Both the position numbers and the translations under genes were made by a program. Shown here piece by piece: positions 20,081-30,726 of a stretch of 64,000 nt of DNA. Where the stretch lies: NCBI GenBank assembly GCA_964434135.1, contig CAYSTN010000001.1, positions 10,520 to 74,519 of the forward strand, given 5' to 3'. The stretch's first letter is position 1; every line of letters begins with the position of its first letter. This DNA is from an uncultured Oscillospiraceae bacterium. GTDB taxonomy: Bacteria; Bacillota; Clostridia; Oscillospirales; Oscillospiraceae. The notes beneath the pieces were generated by a model. That model was not told where the DNA came from. It did no database searches and saw only the letters and a list, made by a program, of their open reading frames with translations.

Positions 20081-21379
20081 ATGGCTGTCAATACGCCAAA
20101 ATGTTACAGAAATCAGGTCATTTACTCTGTCTTTGTGCGCAATTACAGTGAAGCAGGAAATTTTGATGGCGTGAGAAAAGACCTTGACCGCATCAAGGCG
20201 CTTGGTACCGATATTGTGTGGCTTTTGCCGATCCATCCCATTGGCAGGAAAGAACGCAAGGGGACGCTCGGAAGTCCGTATGCGATTTCTGATTACCGTA
20301 AGGTCAACCCCGAGCTTGGAACGCTGGATGAGCTGAAGCAGCTTGTAAGCGAGATTCACGCGCGCGGCATGAAATGTATCATCGATGTTGTGTATAATCA
20401 CACATCCCCGGACTCATGGCTGGCAGAACACCATCCGCAGTGGTTTTATCGGAAGCCGGATGGGAGCTTTGGAAACAAGGTCGGGCAATGGCCGGACGTG
20501 ATCGATCTGGATTACGCAAATCCTGAGCTTTGGGACTATCAGATCGAGACGCTCAAAATGTGGGCGGAAATCGTAGATGGCTTCCGGTGCGACGTGGCGC
20601 CGCTGATTCCGCTGGAGTTCTGGCTGCGTGCGCGCCGGGAAGTTGAGAGTGTACATCCGGGCTGCTTCTGGCTCAGTGAATCGGTCGAGCCGATCTTCAC
20701 CATAGAAAACAGAGCGCGCGGAATGACCAGCCTGTCGGATTCGGAAATCTTCCAGGCGTTTGATGTGTCCTATGAATATGACATTTTTTCATATTTCAAA
20801 GCGTATCTGAAAGGCGAAATCTCGCTGCGGGAGTATGCCGCAGAAATCAACAGGCAGGAAGCAATCTATCCGGATAACTATGTCAAGCTGCGGTTTCTTG
20901 AGAATCACGACAATGCGCGCGCAAAGCTGCTGATCGCCGATGAATGGAGTCTTCAGAACTGGACGGCGTTTTTGTATTTCCAGAAAGGGATGACGCTGAT
21001 TTACGCAGGACAGGAGAGGCAAGCGTCACATCTGCCGAGTCTGTTTGAAAAGGACATCGTCGAGTGGCAGACAGGAAACGATCTTTCACGGCTGTTTGCC
21101 CGACTGTCGCAGATAAAAAAAGAGCCGCTGTTTGCAGACAGCAGGTATGAGGTAACGGCTATGCCGCGAGATATCCTGCTTGCAACGCACCGCAAGGGTG
21201 AGAAGCAAATGCTCGGCGTGTTCAGCCTGCGTGGAAATCACGCTTTGGTGCAAGTATATGTGCCAGACGGCATCTATCGAAACCGGATCGATGACAAAAA
21301 TGTTGAAATTCATGCGGGGATGCTCAGCACAGGTGGTCAGCCTATAATAATCGATATCAGCGGAAAGGAAAACGGATGA
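20081..21379 (+). CDS. GH13 alpha-amylase family glycosidase (cytoplasmic)
   Basis: DVVYNH, GFRCDVA (nucleophile), SES (acid/base), FLENHD; no signal peptide. Confidence 0.92.
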   Translation: MAVNTPKCYRNQVIYSVFVRNYSEAGNFDGVRKDLDRIKALGTDIVWLLPIHPIGRKERKGTLGSPYAISDYRKVNPELGTLDELKQLVSEIHARGMKCIIDVVYNHTSPDSWLAEHHPQWFYRKPDGSFGNKVGQWPDVIDLDYANPELWDYQIETLKMWAEIVDGFRCDVAPLIPLEFWLRARREVESVHPGCFWLSESVEPIFTIENRARGMTSLSDSEIFQAFDVSYEYDIFSYFKAYLKGEISLREYAAEINRQEAIYPDNYVKLRFLENHDNARAKLLIADEWSLQNWTAFLYFQKGMTLIYAGQERQASHLPSLFEKDIVEWQTGNDLSRLFARLSQIKKEPLFADSRYEVTAMPRDILLATHRKGEKQMLGVFSLRGNHALVQVYVPDGIYRNRIDDKNVEIHAGMLSTGGQPIIIDISGKENG

Positions 21380-23790
21380 TGAATAAAGCGGAGAAAAAAC
21401 AATCATCAAACCCCTGCTGCGCAGCGCAGAGCATGATCGTTGGTTCTTGCTACCGCTTCAGCATCCTGACTGCAAGACTGATCCGAATGGAGTTTGATCC
21501 AGATGGTATTTTTGAGGACAGACCCACGCAGCTGGCTGTCAACCGCCTTTTCCCTGCGGTGGAATTTGCAGTATATGAAACAGACGATCATCTTGAGATC
21601 AGGACAGATGCCCTCAATGTCTTCTATGACAAAGGGCCTTTTACTGCGCACAGCCTGCAGGTCAAAGTACGCAGTGAATGCTGCGGCATCTATTGTACGT
21701 GGAATTTTTCTGAGCCGGTAACGGAAGGGTTGGGCGGTACGGCGCGGACATTGGATCAAGCGGATGGCCAGATCCCGCTGGAACCGGGAATCCAGTCAAG
21801 AATCGGCGGGTTCGGTGTGCTGGACGATAGCTGCTCCGCTGTGATCCAGACGGATGGCAGCGTTTGTGCCAGAAAAAGCGGGATCCTGGATGTGTACTTT
21901 TTCGGTTACGGATTTGCGTATCGCGATTGTTTGCGTGATTTTTTTCAGCTGTCAGGCCATACGCCGCTGCTTCCGAGGTATGCGCTGGGAAACTGGTGGA
22001 GCCGGTTTCACCCCTATACCGATGAAGAGTACTTACAGCTGATGGATCGATTTGCGGCAGAAAATATCCCGCTTTCTGTCGCGGTTGTCGATATGGACTG
22101 GCATTTGCGCAACATCGATCCCCGATACGGCAAAGGCTGGACAGGCTTTACGTGGAATCGTGATCTCATAAAAGAACCGGAGAAATTCCTTGCGGCGCTT
22201 CACGAACGGGAGCTGAGAACCACGCTGAACCTGCATCCGGCAGAGGGGATACAGCCGCACGAAAGTATGTATGAATGTATGGCGCAGCAGTTGCAGCGTG
22301 ACCCCAAACAGCAGCAGCCGATACGGTTCGATTTCTGTGACCCTGCATTTATCCGCGCATATTTTCAGTTTGTTATACACCCGCTGGAGAAGCAGGGCGT
22401 GGATTTCTGGTGGCTGGACTGGCAGCAGGGGTCGATATCACGGACGGTGGGGCTCGATCCACTCTGGCTGTTAAACTACTATCATTTTATGGACGCAGAT
22501 CGCGGTGCGCGCAGGCCGATGATTCTCTCGCGATATGCCGGCCCCGGAAGCCAGCGCTTCCCGATCGGGTTTTCCGGCGACAGCATTATCAGCTGGAACT
22601 CGCTGGACTTTCAGCCATATTTCACTGCAAATGCGGCCAATATCGGTTACGGCTGGTGGAGTCATGATATTGGCGGCCATGCTGCCGGTTATCGCGATGT
22701 GGAGTTGCAGACCAGATGGATACAGTTTGGCGTTTTCTCTCCCATCTTCCGGCTGCACAGCACCTCAAACCCGTTTAACGGGAAAGAACCCTGGCGGTAT
22801 CCGGAACCCGCGAAAGGTATCATGACACAGTTTATGCGTCTGCGGCACAGCCTGATTCCGTACCTGTATACCATGAATTGGCGCTGCCATGCGTTGGGTG
22901 AGCTGCTGGTCGAGCCGATGTATTACCGGTATCCGAAGGAAGATCAGGCATACCGCGTCAACAATCAGTATCAGTTCGGCAGTGAGCTGATCGTTTGCCC
23001 GATCACGCAGAAAAACAGTCCGGTCACAGGTCGGGGATGTGTCTCAGTCTGGCTGCCGGAGAGCGATTATTATGATTTCTTTTCCGGTGCGCATTACACA
23101 GGAAAGCGAAAGCTGAATGTGTACCGGACGCTACAGACAATTCCGGTGTTCGCAAAAGCAGGTGCGATCATTCCGATGACGCGTACAGCAGAAACGTATC
23201 AGAATGGCACACAGCTGCCACAGGCGCTTACCATCCGGGTGTTTGCAGGTGCTGATGGTAAGTTCTGTCTGTATGAGGATGACGGCCTGACGAAAGCATA
23301 TCAGGATGGACAGGGGATCATCACAGAGCTTCGTTTCCGGTGGAAGACAGATACCGGTACATCAGTCTTTACGATCACGCCGGACAGCGAAGAGGCATCG
23401 TTCCTGCCAGAGTTCAGACAATACACGGTTTGCTTTACCGGTGTTTGCGACAACGATCATTTCATCGTCAAATGCGGAGCAGAAGAAATCATTGCGAAAA
23501 AGGGATATGATGTGCAGCGCGGAACGCTTTCGCTTGCGATCCCGATGCAGCGCGTGAGCGATCATATTGAGATCTGCTTCCCGGGGGGGCTGTCTCCTGC
23601 AAGAAACAGAACGGATGAAAACCTGTATGAGCTTTTAAATGATTGTACGATCGAATACGAACGAAAAGAACAAATCTATCATATGGCACATTCGGCGGTT
23701 GATGCCGCATCAGCAATCAGTGAGCTGCATACGATGCAGCTTCCGACAGAGTTGATGGGCGCTTTGATGGAGGTGATACTGGCGGAGTGA
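21376..23790 (+). CDS. GH31 alpha-glucosidase (WWLDWQQG type, resembles alpha-1,3-glucosidase GH31_u1 group)
   Basis: PRYALGNWWSR, VVDMDWH, WWLDWQQG, GFSGD, WWSHDIGGH, FSPIFRLH. Confidence 0.88.
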   Translation: MMNKAEKKQSSNPCCAAQSMIVGSCYRFSILTARLIRMEFDPDGIFEDRPTQLAVNRLFPAVEFAVYETDDHLEIRTDALNVFYDKGPFTAHSLQVKVRSECCGIYCTWNFSEPVTEGLGGTARTLDQADGQIPLEPGIQSRIGGFGVLDDSCSAVIQTDGSVCARKSGILDVYFFGYGFAYRDCLRDFFQLSGHTPLLPRYALGNWWSRFHPYTDEEYLQLMDRFAAENIPLSVAVVDMDWHLRNIDPRYGKGWTGFTWNRDLIKEPEKFLAALHERELRTTLNLHPAEGIQPHESMYECMAQQLQRDPKQQQPIRFDFCDPAFIRAYFQFVIHPLEKQGVDFWWLDWQQGSISRTVGLDPLWLLNYYHFMDADRGARRPMILSRYAGPGSQRFPIGFSGDSIISWNSLDFQPYFTANAANIGYGWWSHDIGGHAAGYRDVELQTRWIQFGVFSPIFRLHSTSNPFNGKEPWRYPEPAKGIMTQFMRLRHSLIPYLYTMNWRCHALGELLVEPMYYRYPKEDQAYRVNNQYQFGSELIVCPITQKNSPVTGRGCVSVWLPESDYYDFFSGAHYTGKRKLNVYRTLQTIPVFAKAGAIIPMTRTAETYQNGTQLPQALTIRVFAGADGKFCLYEDDGLTKAYQDGQGIITELRFRWKTDTGTSVFTITPDSEEASFLPEFRQYTVCFTGVCDNDHFIVKCGAEEIIAKKGYDVQRGTLSLAIPMQRVSDHIEICFPGGLSPARNRTDENLYELLNDCTIEYERKEQIYHMAHSAVDAASAISELHTMQLPTELMGALMEVILAE

Positions 23791-23862
23791 TACCCGGCTT
23801 TTTTGACAAGGCGTGTTCATAATGGATATCCATGCGTTACAGAAGAAAGGAGAAACGAAAGT

Positions 23863-26508
23863 ATGCGAAGAATCCTGAAAAAGATCTGTGTGCTGGTTGT
23901 CGTTCTTACGACACTATGTATGACGCTTCCGTCTATATGTGCAAGGGACAGCGAAAGTACCAGAAAAGGAACGGGTATCTATCCACTGTATTGGACTGCG
24001 TATGAGCCGTGTTTCACGGCGGATGCACCGCTCAGTGAGGCTCGATGGAAAGCAAATATCGATTGGGTCGCAGAAAACCTGCTGCCGTATGGATACAACA
24101 TGGTCACGACGGACGGATGGCTGGGCGGGTCGACAAAGACCACGGAAAACGGATATCTTTTAAAATACAACGACAATTGGGAGCATGACTGGGCCTATTG
24201 GGCTGATTATTGTGAGTCCAAGGGGCTTGAAATGGGCGTTTATTATAACCCGTTGTGGATCATTGATTCGGTCGTCAATGATCCAACGAAGAAAGTAATT
24301 GGCACGAATATTCCAATTTGTGACATTTACACCGCAGGCTTTGCGGATAATACAAAAGCGGGCGCAAAAGAGTACATTCAGGGATATGTGAATTACTTCA
24401 AAAACATGGGCGTTCGTTTCCTGCGTGTTGATTTCTTGTGCTGGTATGAAACGGGTGCCGGTTCCGGTGGCGCGCCAAGTGGTGTTCCGGCATGGGGAAG
24501 TGACAACTATGCGACCGTATTGCAGTGGATATCGGAAGCCGCCGGAGATGATATGGAAGTGAGTCTGGTCATGCCGAACTCGCTGAACCATGCGTATAAC
24601 GAGGCGAAATATGGGGATCTCATGCGAGTCGATACCGACACGACAAATGGAAACTGGACGTGGCTGAATTACGGAAGCTTTGGAGATGAACGGCAAACCT
24701 GGAACTACAACTTCTGCCAATGGGCAAACCCGTTCCAGGGACTGACCGGTTTTTCTGATGTTTCCGGCAGAGGAAACCTGACATTAGATGGGGATTTTTT
24801 GAGGATACATAATTTTACTGGCCAGTATGCTGACAACGAAAAACGTACAGCGATTTCGTTGTTTACAATGGCTGGCGCTCCGCTTGCTGTTGCAGATCAG
24901 TATGATACGATCGGCAATAATCTCTCATATTATACAAATCCGGTGATCTTAGCACTTAAAAAAGAAGGATTTGTCGGAAAGCCGATTTACTATAATGGGA
25001 ATCCGTTTGAACCGGAGTATAGCGGACAGGCCGATACCGGCAGCAGAGATTCGGAGAGATGGATCGGGCAGACATCGAAAGGCGATTGGGTGATCGCCCT
25101 GTTCAACCGATCGGATACAGCTGTTACAAAGTCCATTGATTTTGAAAGCATTTTGGGACTTCCATATGGGGGATATGTACACGATGTTTGGCAGCATACC
25201 AATCTCGGACATATGACGGGCTATAGCGTGAGCTTGCAGCCGCATGATGTCAGTATGCTGATGATTACGCCAAGCCGTACAAATGCAACGGCTATTCGGT
25301 ATGAAGCAGAGGTGGCATCTTATCAGAATGGGGCGCATTTCAACAATGACCATACAGGCTGCTCCGGTGTAGGGTTTGCCGATCAGCTGAGTGGTGAACA
25401 CGCAGGTGCAGATGTTCTCTTCGGCGTATATGCTGACTATGCCGGTTCGCACCGAATTACGATCCGGTATGCAAATGCGACCGGAGCAAGCAGCACAGCA
25501 ACGCTGAAAGTCAAGAGCGAAAGCAATGTCCAGACGGATACAGCGACGCTCACGCTGCCGGCCTTGCCAACATGGAATGACTGGGGAACGGCATCTGTGA
25601 ATGTAACGCTGAATCAGGGACTGAATCTCATCCGCGTTGGCCGTGAGACGACAGATACAGGTGCATTCAATCTTGACTGTATGGATGTGTATACAGCAGG
25701 GATCTACAATGCAGACTTTGAGGCAGGAACGATAGCGGGCTGGACAGCAGAAGGAACCAACTATGGCGTGGACGGCAACGATACATACCGCGGAAACTAT
25801 AAATGTTACTTCTGGTCAGAGAATGCTTTTGAGCAAAGAATCAGCCAGACGGTAAACTTGCCGAACGGTACATATCTCGTTTCTGCAATGGTGAAGCAAG
25901 ATACCGGTACACCAAATGTATGCAGAATGGAGCTAAGCAACTTCGGCGGTACGGCGAAAAACACGCCGATCCCACACAATAGCGATTACCAGCAGATTTT
26001 GCAGACGGTTTCCGTTACGAATGGACAGCTGACGATGGCCTTTTATGAAAGCGCAAGCGGGAATACAAATTTACAGATCGATGAAGTCGCCATTACCCCC
26101 TGTGCGCAGATCGAAAACTTCGGGTTCGAGACGGGGACGGTTTCCGGTTGGACAGTGACCGGGAACAGTTATGGCGTTGACGGCAGCGATGCGTATCAAG
26201 GCAACTATAAGTGTTTCTTCTGGAACGGCGGTACGTTTGAGCAGAAGCTGATCAAAAACTGTACCGGGCTTTCAAACGGGCTGCATACTGTTACCGCGTG
26301 GGTCAAGCAGGACTCGGGAAATCCGGCTATCTGTCAGATGGCCGTCTCCAATTACGGAGGGCCAACAGTTACCAGTATCATTCCGCATGGAAATGAATAT
26401 GTGCAGATATCTGCAACGGTGTATGTAACGAACAATCAAATGTGCATCACGTTCCTTGAAAATGGCACAAATTGCAACCTGCAAATCGATAATGTAACGG
26501 TTCGATGA
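23863..26508 (+). CDS. Secreted GH27 isomalto-dextranase-like enzyme with CBM35 and two tandem C-terminal CBM-like repeats
   Basis: Signal peptide; PLYWTAYE, WKANIDWV, TDGW, GVYYNPLW, LRVDFL, LDGDF, GSRDSERWIGQ recalled from Arthrobacter isomalto-dextranase; YEAE CBM35; duplicated NxxFExG..GVDG.D.Y.GNYKC modules. Confidence 0.8.
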   Translation: MRRILKKICVLVVVLTTLCMTLPSICARDSESTRKGTGIYPLYWTAYEPCFTADAPLSEARWKANIDWVAENLLPYGYNMVTTDGWLGGSTKTTENGYLLKYNDNWEHDWAYWADYCESKGLEMGVYYNPLWIIDSVVNDPTKKVIGTNIPICDIYTAGFADNTKAGAKEYIQGYVNYFKNMGVRFLRVDFLCWYETGAGSGGAPSGVPAWGSDNYATVLQWISEAAGDDMEVSLVMPNSLNHAYNEAKYGDLMRVDTDTTNGNWTWLNYGSFGDERQTWNYNFCQWANPFQGLTGFSDVSGRGNLTLDGDFLRIHNFTGQYADNEKRTAISLFTMAGAPLAVADQYDTIGNNLSYYTNPVILALKKEGFVGKPIYYNGNPFEPEYSGQADTGSRDSERWIGQTSKGDWVIALFNRSDTAVTKSIDFESILGLPYGGYVHDVWQHTNLGHMTGYSVSLQPHDVSMLMITPSRTNATAIRYEAEVASYQNGAHFNNDHTGCSGVGFADQLSGEHAGADVLFGVYADYAGSHRITIRYANATGASSTATLKVKSESNVQTDTATLTLPALPTWNDWGTASVNVTLNQGLNLIRVGRETTDTGAFNLDCMDVYTAGIYNADFEAGTIAGWTAEGTNYGVDGNDTYRGNYKCYFWSENAFEQRISQTVNLPNGTYLVSAMVKQDTGTPNVCRMELSNFGGTAKNTPIPHNSDYQQILQTVSVTNGQLTMAFYESASGNTNLQIDEVAITPCAQIENFGFETGTVSGWTVTGNSYGVDGSDAYQGNYKCFFWNGGTFEQKLIKNCTGLSNGLHTVTAWVKQDSGNPAICQMAVSNYGGPTVTSIIPHGNEYVQISATVYVTNNQMCITFLENGTNCNLQIDNVTVR

Positions 26509-26648
26509 AGGAGTACGATCTGCGTTCATGCGTACAGGAAAATACCCTTGCGCGTTTTCGCAAATTGATTGGATAGAACGAATAGAAAACTGCGCGAAGC
26601 AACACGATCAGAGGATTTGAAGCAGGCAAAAGAAAGTGAGGTTAAAAG

Positions 26649-29600
26649 ATGAACGCGAAAAGAATGAGACAAAACGGTTTCACGCGAAAAATCGCTGCCA
26701 TGCTGATTTTGGCAATGCTCGTCTCTGTCCTGACCGGTATTCCATCGGTATCTGCGGCAGAAAGTTCGTTGGGGAATGTTATCGATGCTTCTGTGAGCGG
26801 TTCAAAAGTGACCTTGACGATCGATAACGGTGAAGAAGCCAGTGATGATCTGCTGACCATAGAAGTTTGCCAGGAGAACATTTTAAGGGTAGACTTTCAG
26901 CCTAATTCTGTTCCGGTCAGCCCGGATACACCAATCATAGATCCGGATCTGACATGGGAACCGGTCACTGCGACGATTCAGGTGAGCGGCGATCCGATCA
27001 CGATCCAAACTTCGCAAATGCGCATTGAGATCGCACGAACACCTTGCAGAATGACGGTGAAAAAAGCAGATGGAACTACACTGTTTTGGGAACCGAGCAG
27101 CGGCGGTGTTTTTGACGATGGAGTACGCTTCGTTCGTGCTGCGGCCACGAATATGTATGGGATCCATAGCTTCGATTGCTTCAGCGACAATGGCAATCTG
27201 CTGCGAAACGACAACACCAATACAGCCACGGCCGGACAACAGGGAAATTCAGGTGGACCGTTTATGTGGTCGACTGCGGGATATGGCCTTTTGGTTGATG
27301 CAGACGGTGGATATCCGTATACGAACGCCTCTGACAGGAAAATGGAGTTCTACTATGGTGGAACGCCCGCAGAAGGCCGCCGATATGTCAAAAATGACGT
27401 GGAGTACTATATTATGCTTGGCAGTCCCACGGATATCATGACTGCATTTTCCAAAATAACGGGAACTTCACCCATGATGCCAAAGTGGTCGTTAGGCTTT
27501 TCCAATTTTGAATGGGGCATCAATGAGAGCGAATTTACCCAGATGGTAGATACATATCGCGCAAAGAATATCCCCATTGATGGATATGCCTTTGATTACG
27601 ACTGGAAAGAGTATGGTGAGGATCATTACGGCGAGTTTAGATGGAACACAGACAATTTCCCATCTGTGTCAAACAATACGCTGAAACAGACAATGGCCGC
27701 GAAGGGCATTAAGATGATCGGAATCACGAAGCCCCGAGTCGTTACGACCCTGGAAGACGGTACGCAGACAGAGCAAGGCGCGTATGCACAGAGTCATGGT
27801 TTCTATTACCCAGGCCACAACAGTTACCTGGACTATTTTGTTCCGGTAACCGTACAGAGCATCGATCCGTATCAGGCTGACCAGCGGACATGGTGGTGGA
27901 GCCACTCGCAGGATGCATTTGACAAGGGCATTGTGGGCTGGTGGAATGATGAAACGGACAAGGTGTCTTCCAATGGCGCGGAATATCTGTTTGGCAATTA
28001 CACAACGCTGCATATTTCGCAGGCAATGTATGAAGGACAGCGATCGTACACGAATGATGCCGTCCGTGTTTGGCAGACAGGACGCAATTATTACCCGGGA
28101 ACGCAGAGATATGCGACTTCGATTTGGTCTGGGGATGTTGCAGCGCAGTTTTACAAAGGAGAAAGCGTATCGTGGGGAGCGGGTCTAAACGAACAGAAGG
28201 CTACCTTGCTTTCTACGGTGATAAATGGTCAGCCCAAATGGGGTTCTGATGGAGGCGGATTCAATCAAAATGTAGGCGTTATTGCAAATCCGAGCCCGGA
28301 ATTATATACCAGATGGCTTCAGTTCGCGTCGGTTACGCCGGTCTTCCGTGTGCATGGTCAGTATAATCAGCAGCGACAGCCGTGGTATTATGGCAGCACA
28401 GCAGAAGAAGCGGTCAAAGCGGCGATCCATCAACGCTATTCACTGCTGCCGTATCTGTATTCCTATGAACGAATGGCGTATGAGACTGGCCTGGGGCTGA
28501 TTCGCCCGCTTTTGTTTGATTATCCAAATGATTCAAACGTCGCGGATTATTCCGATGCCTGGATGTTTGGCGACTCGATCCTTGTAGCGCCTGTTACTGA
28601 GAGAGGCCAGTCGGTAAAGTGGATCTACCTGCCGGCTGGTACTTGGACAGATTATAACAGGGGCACGCAGTACGCGGGCGGTCAGTATATCCCGTACAGC
28701 ATCAACTCTGAGCAATGGACAGATCTGCCGATGTTTGTAAAATCCGGGGCAATCATTCCAACACAAAACGTTCAGAACTATGTCGGCGAATCCGATGTGA
28801 ATACGGTCACGGTTGACATTTTCCCCGGTACGCAGACGACAAGCTTTGACTACTATGATGATGACGGAAGCACGTATCAATATGAATCCGGTGTCTATTT
28901 CTCACAGGAAATTTCTGCATCAAAGACGGAACAGATAACTTCTGTTACCGTTGCCGGCAAGCAGGGGACTTATTCACCGGCGCTTGATTCGTACTGTCTT
29001 GCGGTGCATGGGCAAGCGGCAACTGCTGTTCGGAAAAACAATTCTGCTATGACGCAATACAGCACACTCGATGCGCTGAAAAAAGCAGCAGGTGAAGGTT
29101 GGTGCGTCGGAAAAGATATTTATGGCGAAGTGACCTATATTAAAACGACTGCTGGTGCAAGCACAACGTCCGGTTTCGCAATCAGCGGCAATACAACGGT
29201 GTCTGCAACGTCACAGCTCTTTGAAGCAGAAGACGCGTCCCTTTCCGGCAACAGCGTCGATACGAAAGCTATGCGCGCAACGAATCATACCGGGTACTCG
29301 GGTGATGGCTTTGTTGACCATTTGACCGCAGATGGCGCGGCGGTTACATTCTACACGAAAGTCACAAACGCTGGCGTGTATCAAGCGGTGTTCCGTTATT
29401 CAAATGGCTCGGGCAGCGAACAATCTCTGTCTGTTTATGTGAATGGCGAATTTGCCGGGAATCTGGATATGCCCCAAACAGCTGATTGGAACACATGGAA
29501 CACGGCCAGTAAGCAGCTGGAGCTTGCAGCAGGAAAAAATGCGATTACGGTGAAGTATGATACAGCTGCGGGCAGCAGTGGAAGTGTAAATCTGGATCAT

Positions 29601-30491
29601 CTGTCGCTTCCGTTTGCACCGACCCAAATTACAGTGGAAGCCGAAAACGCAGCGCTTTGGGGAAGTGCAAAAACGAATCAGAATCACTGGAATTATAGCG
29701 GTGATGGTTTCGTGGATGGAATGGAAAGCGTTGGAGCCGGAGTGGAGTTTGCAGTTACGGTTCCGGCTGACGGACAGTATACATCGACGCTTCGCTTCTG
29801 CAACGCGACCGGAAGTATGAAGAACCTGAATCTTTATATCAACAATACATTCATTGCGCCGGTCAACTTTGCAAGCAATGGAGACAACTGGAATGCCTGG
29901 CAAGATCAGGTTCAATTGCTCACATTGACCAAGGGGCGGAATGTAATTGCATACCGGTATGAATCAGGTAATACAGGCTGCGTGAATCTTGACAAACTTG
30001 AAGTTAATATTTCCGGTACGAGCAATACAAACCCAATTGTGGATAATGGCGGCTTCGAACGGACAGCGTTTGATTCTGCGTGGACACAATGGCATCCGGA
30101 AGGACAGGCGTTAGCCTTTGGCGTGGACTCCGGCTCGGGCACAAATCCACCGGAATCAGCAAAAGAGGGTGACAGCAGAGCATATTTCTATAGTGCAGAT
30201 GCTTACCAGCAGAGCATCCATCAAGAAATCAGCCTTGTAAATGGAACATATGACATCGAGGCATGGGTGAAAATCAGCAATACCGCACCGACGATCGCAA
30301 GAATGGAGATAACCGGATACGGAGGAGATGCAAGATACCGCGATATGCCGGCAAGCGGAAGCGGCTGGGTGCTGGTGAAAGAAGAAAATGTTGCGGTTAC
30401 AACAGGAAGCTTTGATATTGGTTTCTATTGTTCGTCTCCAGGGGGAACAACGGTGCATATTGATGGCGTTCGCGTAACCCGAAAATCCTGA
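26649..30491 (+). CDS. Secreted multidomain GH31 6-alpha-glucosyltransferase-like enzyme (GH31 + 2xCBM35 + CBM61-like)
   Basis: Signal peptide ending AA; FDYDWK, GWWNDETD, WSGD, WGSDGGGF, PVFRVHG; FEAE and VEAE CBM35 modules; 1280 aa architecture matches recalled Paenibacillus 6GT31A. Confidence 0.8.
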   Translation: MNAKRMRQNGFTRKIAAMLILAMLVSVLTGIPSVSAAESSLGNVIDASVSGSKVTLTIDNGEEASDDLLTIEVCQENILRVDFQPNSVPVSPDTPIIDPDLTWEPVTATIQVSGDPITIQTSQMRIEIARTPCRMTVKKADGTTLFWEPSSGGVFDDGVRFVRAAATNMYGIHSFDCFSDNGNLLRNDNTNTATAGQQGNSGGPFMWSTAGYGLLVDADGGYPYTNASDRKMEFYYGGTPAEGRRYVKNDVEYYIMLGSPTDIMTAFSKITGTSPMMPKWSLGFSNFEWGINESEFTQMVDTYRAKNIPIDGYAFDYDWKEYGEDHYGEFRWNTDNFPSVSNNTLKQTMAAKGIKMIGITKPRVVTTLEDGTQTEQGAYAQSHGFYYPGHNSYLDYFVPVTVQSIDPYQADQRTWWWSHSQDAFDKGIVGWWNDETDKVSSNGAEYLFGNYTTLHISQAMYEGQRSYTNDAVRVWQTGRNYYPGTQRYATSIWSGDVAAQFYKGESVSWGAGLNEQKATLLSTVINGQPKWGSDGGGFNQNVGVIANPSPELYTRWLQFASVTPVFRVHGQYNQQRQPWYYGSTAEEAVKAAIHQRYSLLPYLYSYERMAYETGLGLIRPLLFDYPNDSNVADYSDAWMFGDSILVAPVTERGQSVKWIYLPAGTWTDYNRGTQYAGGQYIPYSINSEQWTDLPMFVKSGAIIPTQNVQNYVGESDVNTVTVDIFPGTQTTSFDYYDDDGSTYQYESGVYFSQEISASKTEQITSVTVAGKQGTYSPALDSYCLAVHGQAATAVRKNNSAMTQYSTLDALKKAAGEGWCVGKDIYGEVTYIKTTAGASTTSGFAISGNTTVSATSQLFEAEDASLSGNSVDTKAMRATNHTGYSGDGFVDHLTADGAAVTFYTKVTNAGVYQAVFRYSNGSGSEQSLSVYVNGEFAGNLDMPQTADWNTWNTASKQLELAAGKNAITVKYDTAAGSSGSVNLDHLSLPFAPTQITVEAENAALWGSAKTNQNHWNYSGDGFVDGMESVGAGVEFAVTVPADGQYTSTLRFCNATGSMKNLNLYINNTFIAPVNFASNGDNWNAWQDQVQLLTLTKGRNVIAYRYESGNTGCVNLDKLEVNISGTSNTNPIVDNGGFERTAFDSAWTQWHPEGQALAFGVDSGSGTNPPESAKEGDSRAYFYSADAYQQSIHQEISLVNGTYDIEAWVKISNTAPTIARMEITGYGGDARYRDMPASGSGWVLVKEENVAVTTGSFDIGFYCSSPGGTTVHIDGVRVTRKS

Positions 30492-30547
30492 TTCCAAGAA
30501 TCGGTCACATTCAATTTGTATTAGAGCGGCAAAAGACTTGATATAAG

Positions 30548-30591
30548 TATGAGGCTGCTTTCCGATCGCACCATCAGAAAGCAGCCTCATA
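30548..30591. terminator. Hairpin after the secreted GH31
   Basis: TATGAGGCTGCTTT / AAAGCAGCCTCATA inverted repeat. Confidence 0.6.
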
Positions 30592-30726
30592 ATGTAAAAA
30601 TGTTTTGAGCATTGTGAAAAAAACTTCAAAAGCAAGAGCCTGCGTTAAGTTTGATGAGCTGTGCAAAGGCAATTCGGCTTGAGTCTGGTTTTGACCTTGG
30701 TACACAGTGGAAAGGAATCGTCGCAT

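Noticed and set aside
23863-30491. Cycloisomaltooligosaccharide or cycloalternan pathway
   Set aside because: No GH66 or second secreted GH31 cyclising enzyme; the partner has GH27 isomalto-dextranase motifs.
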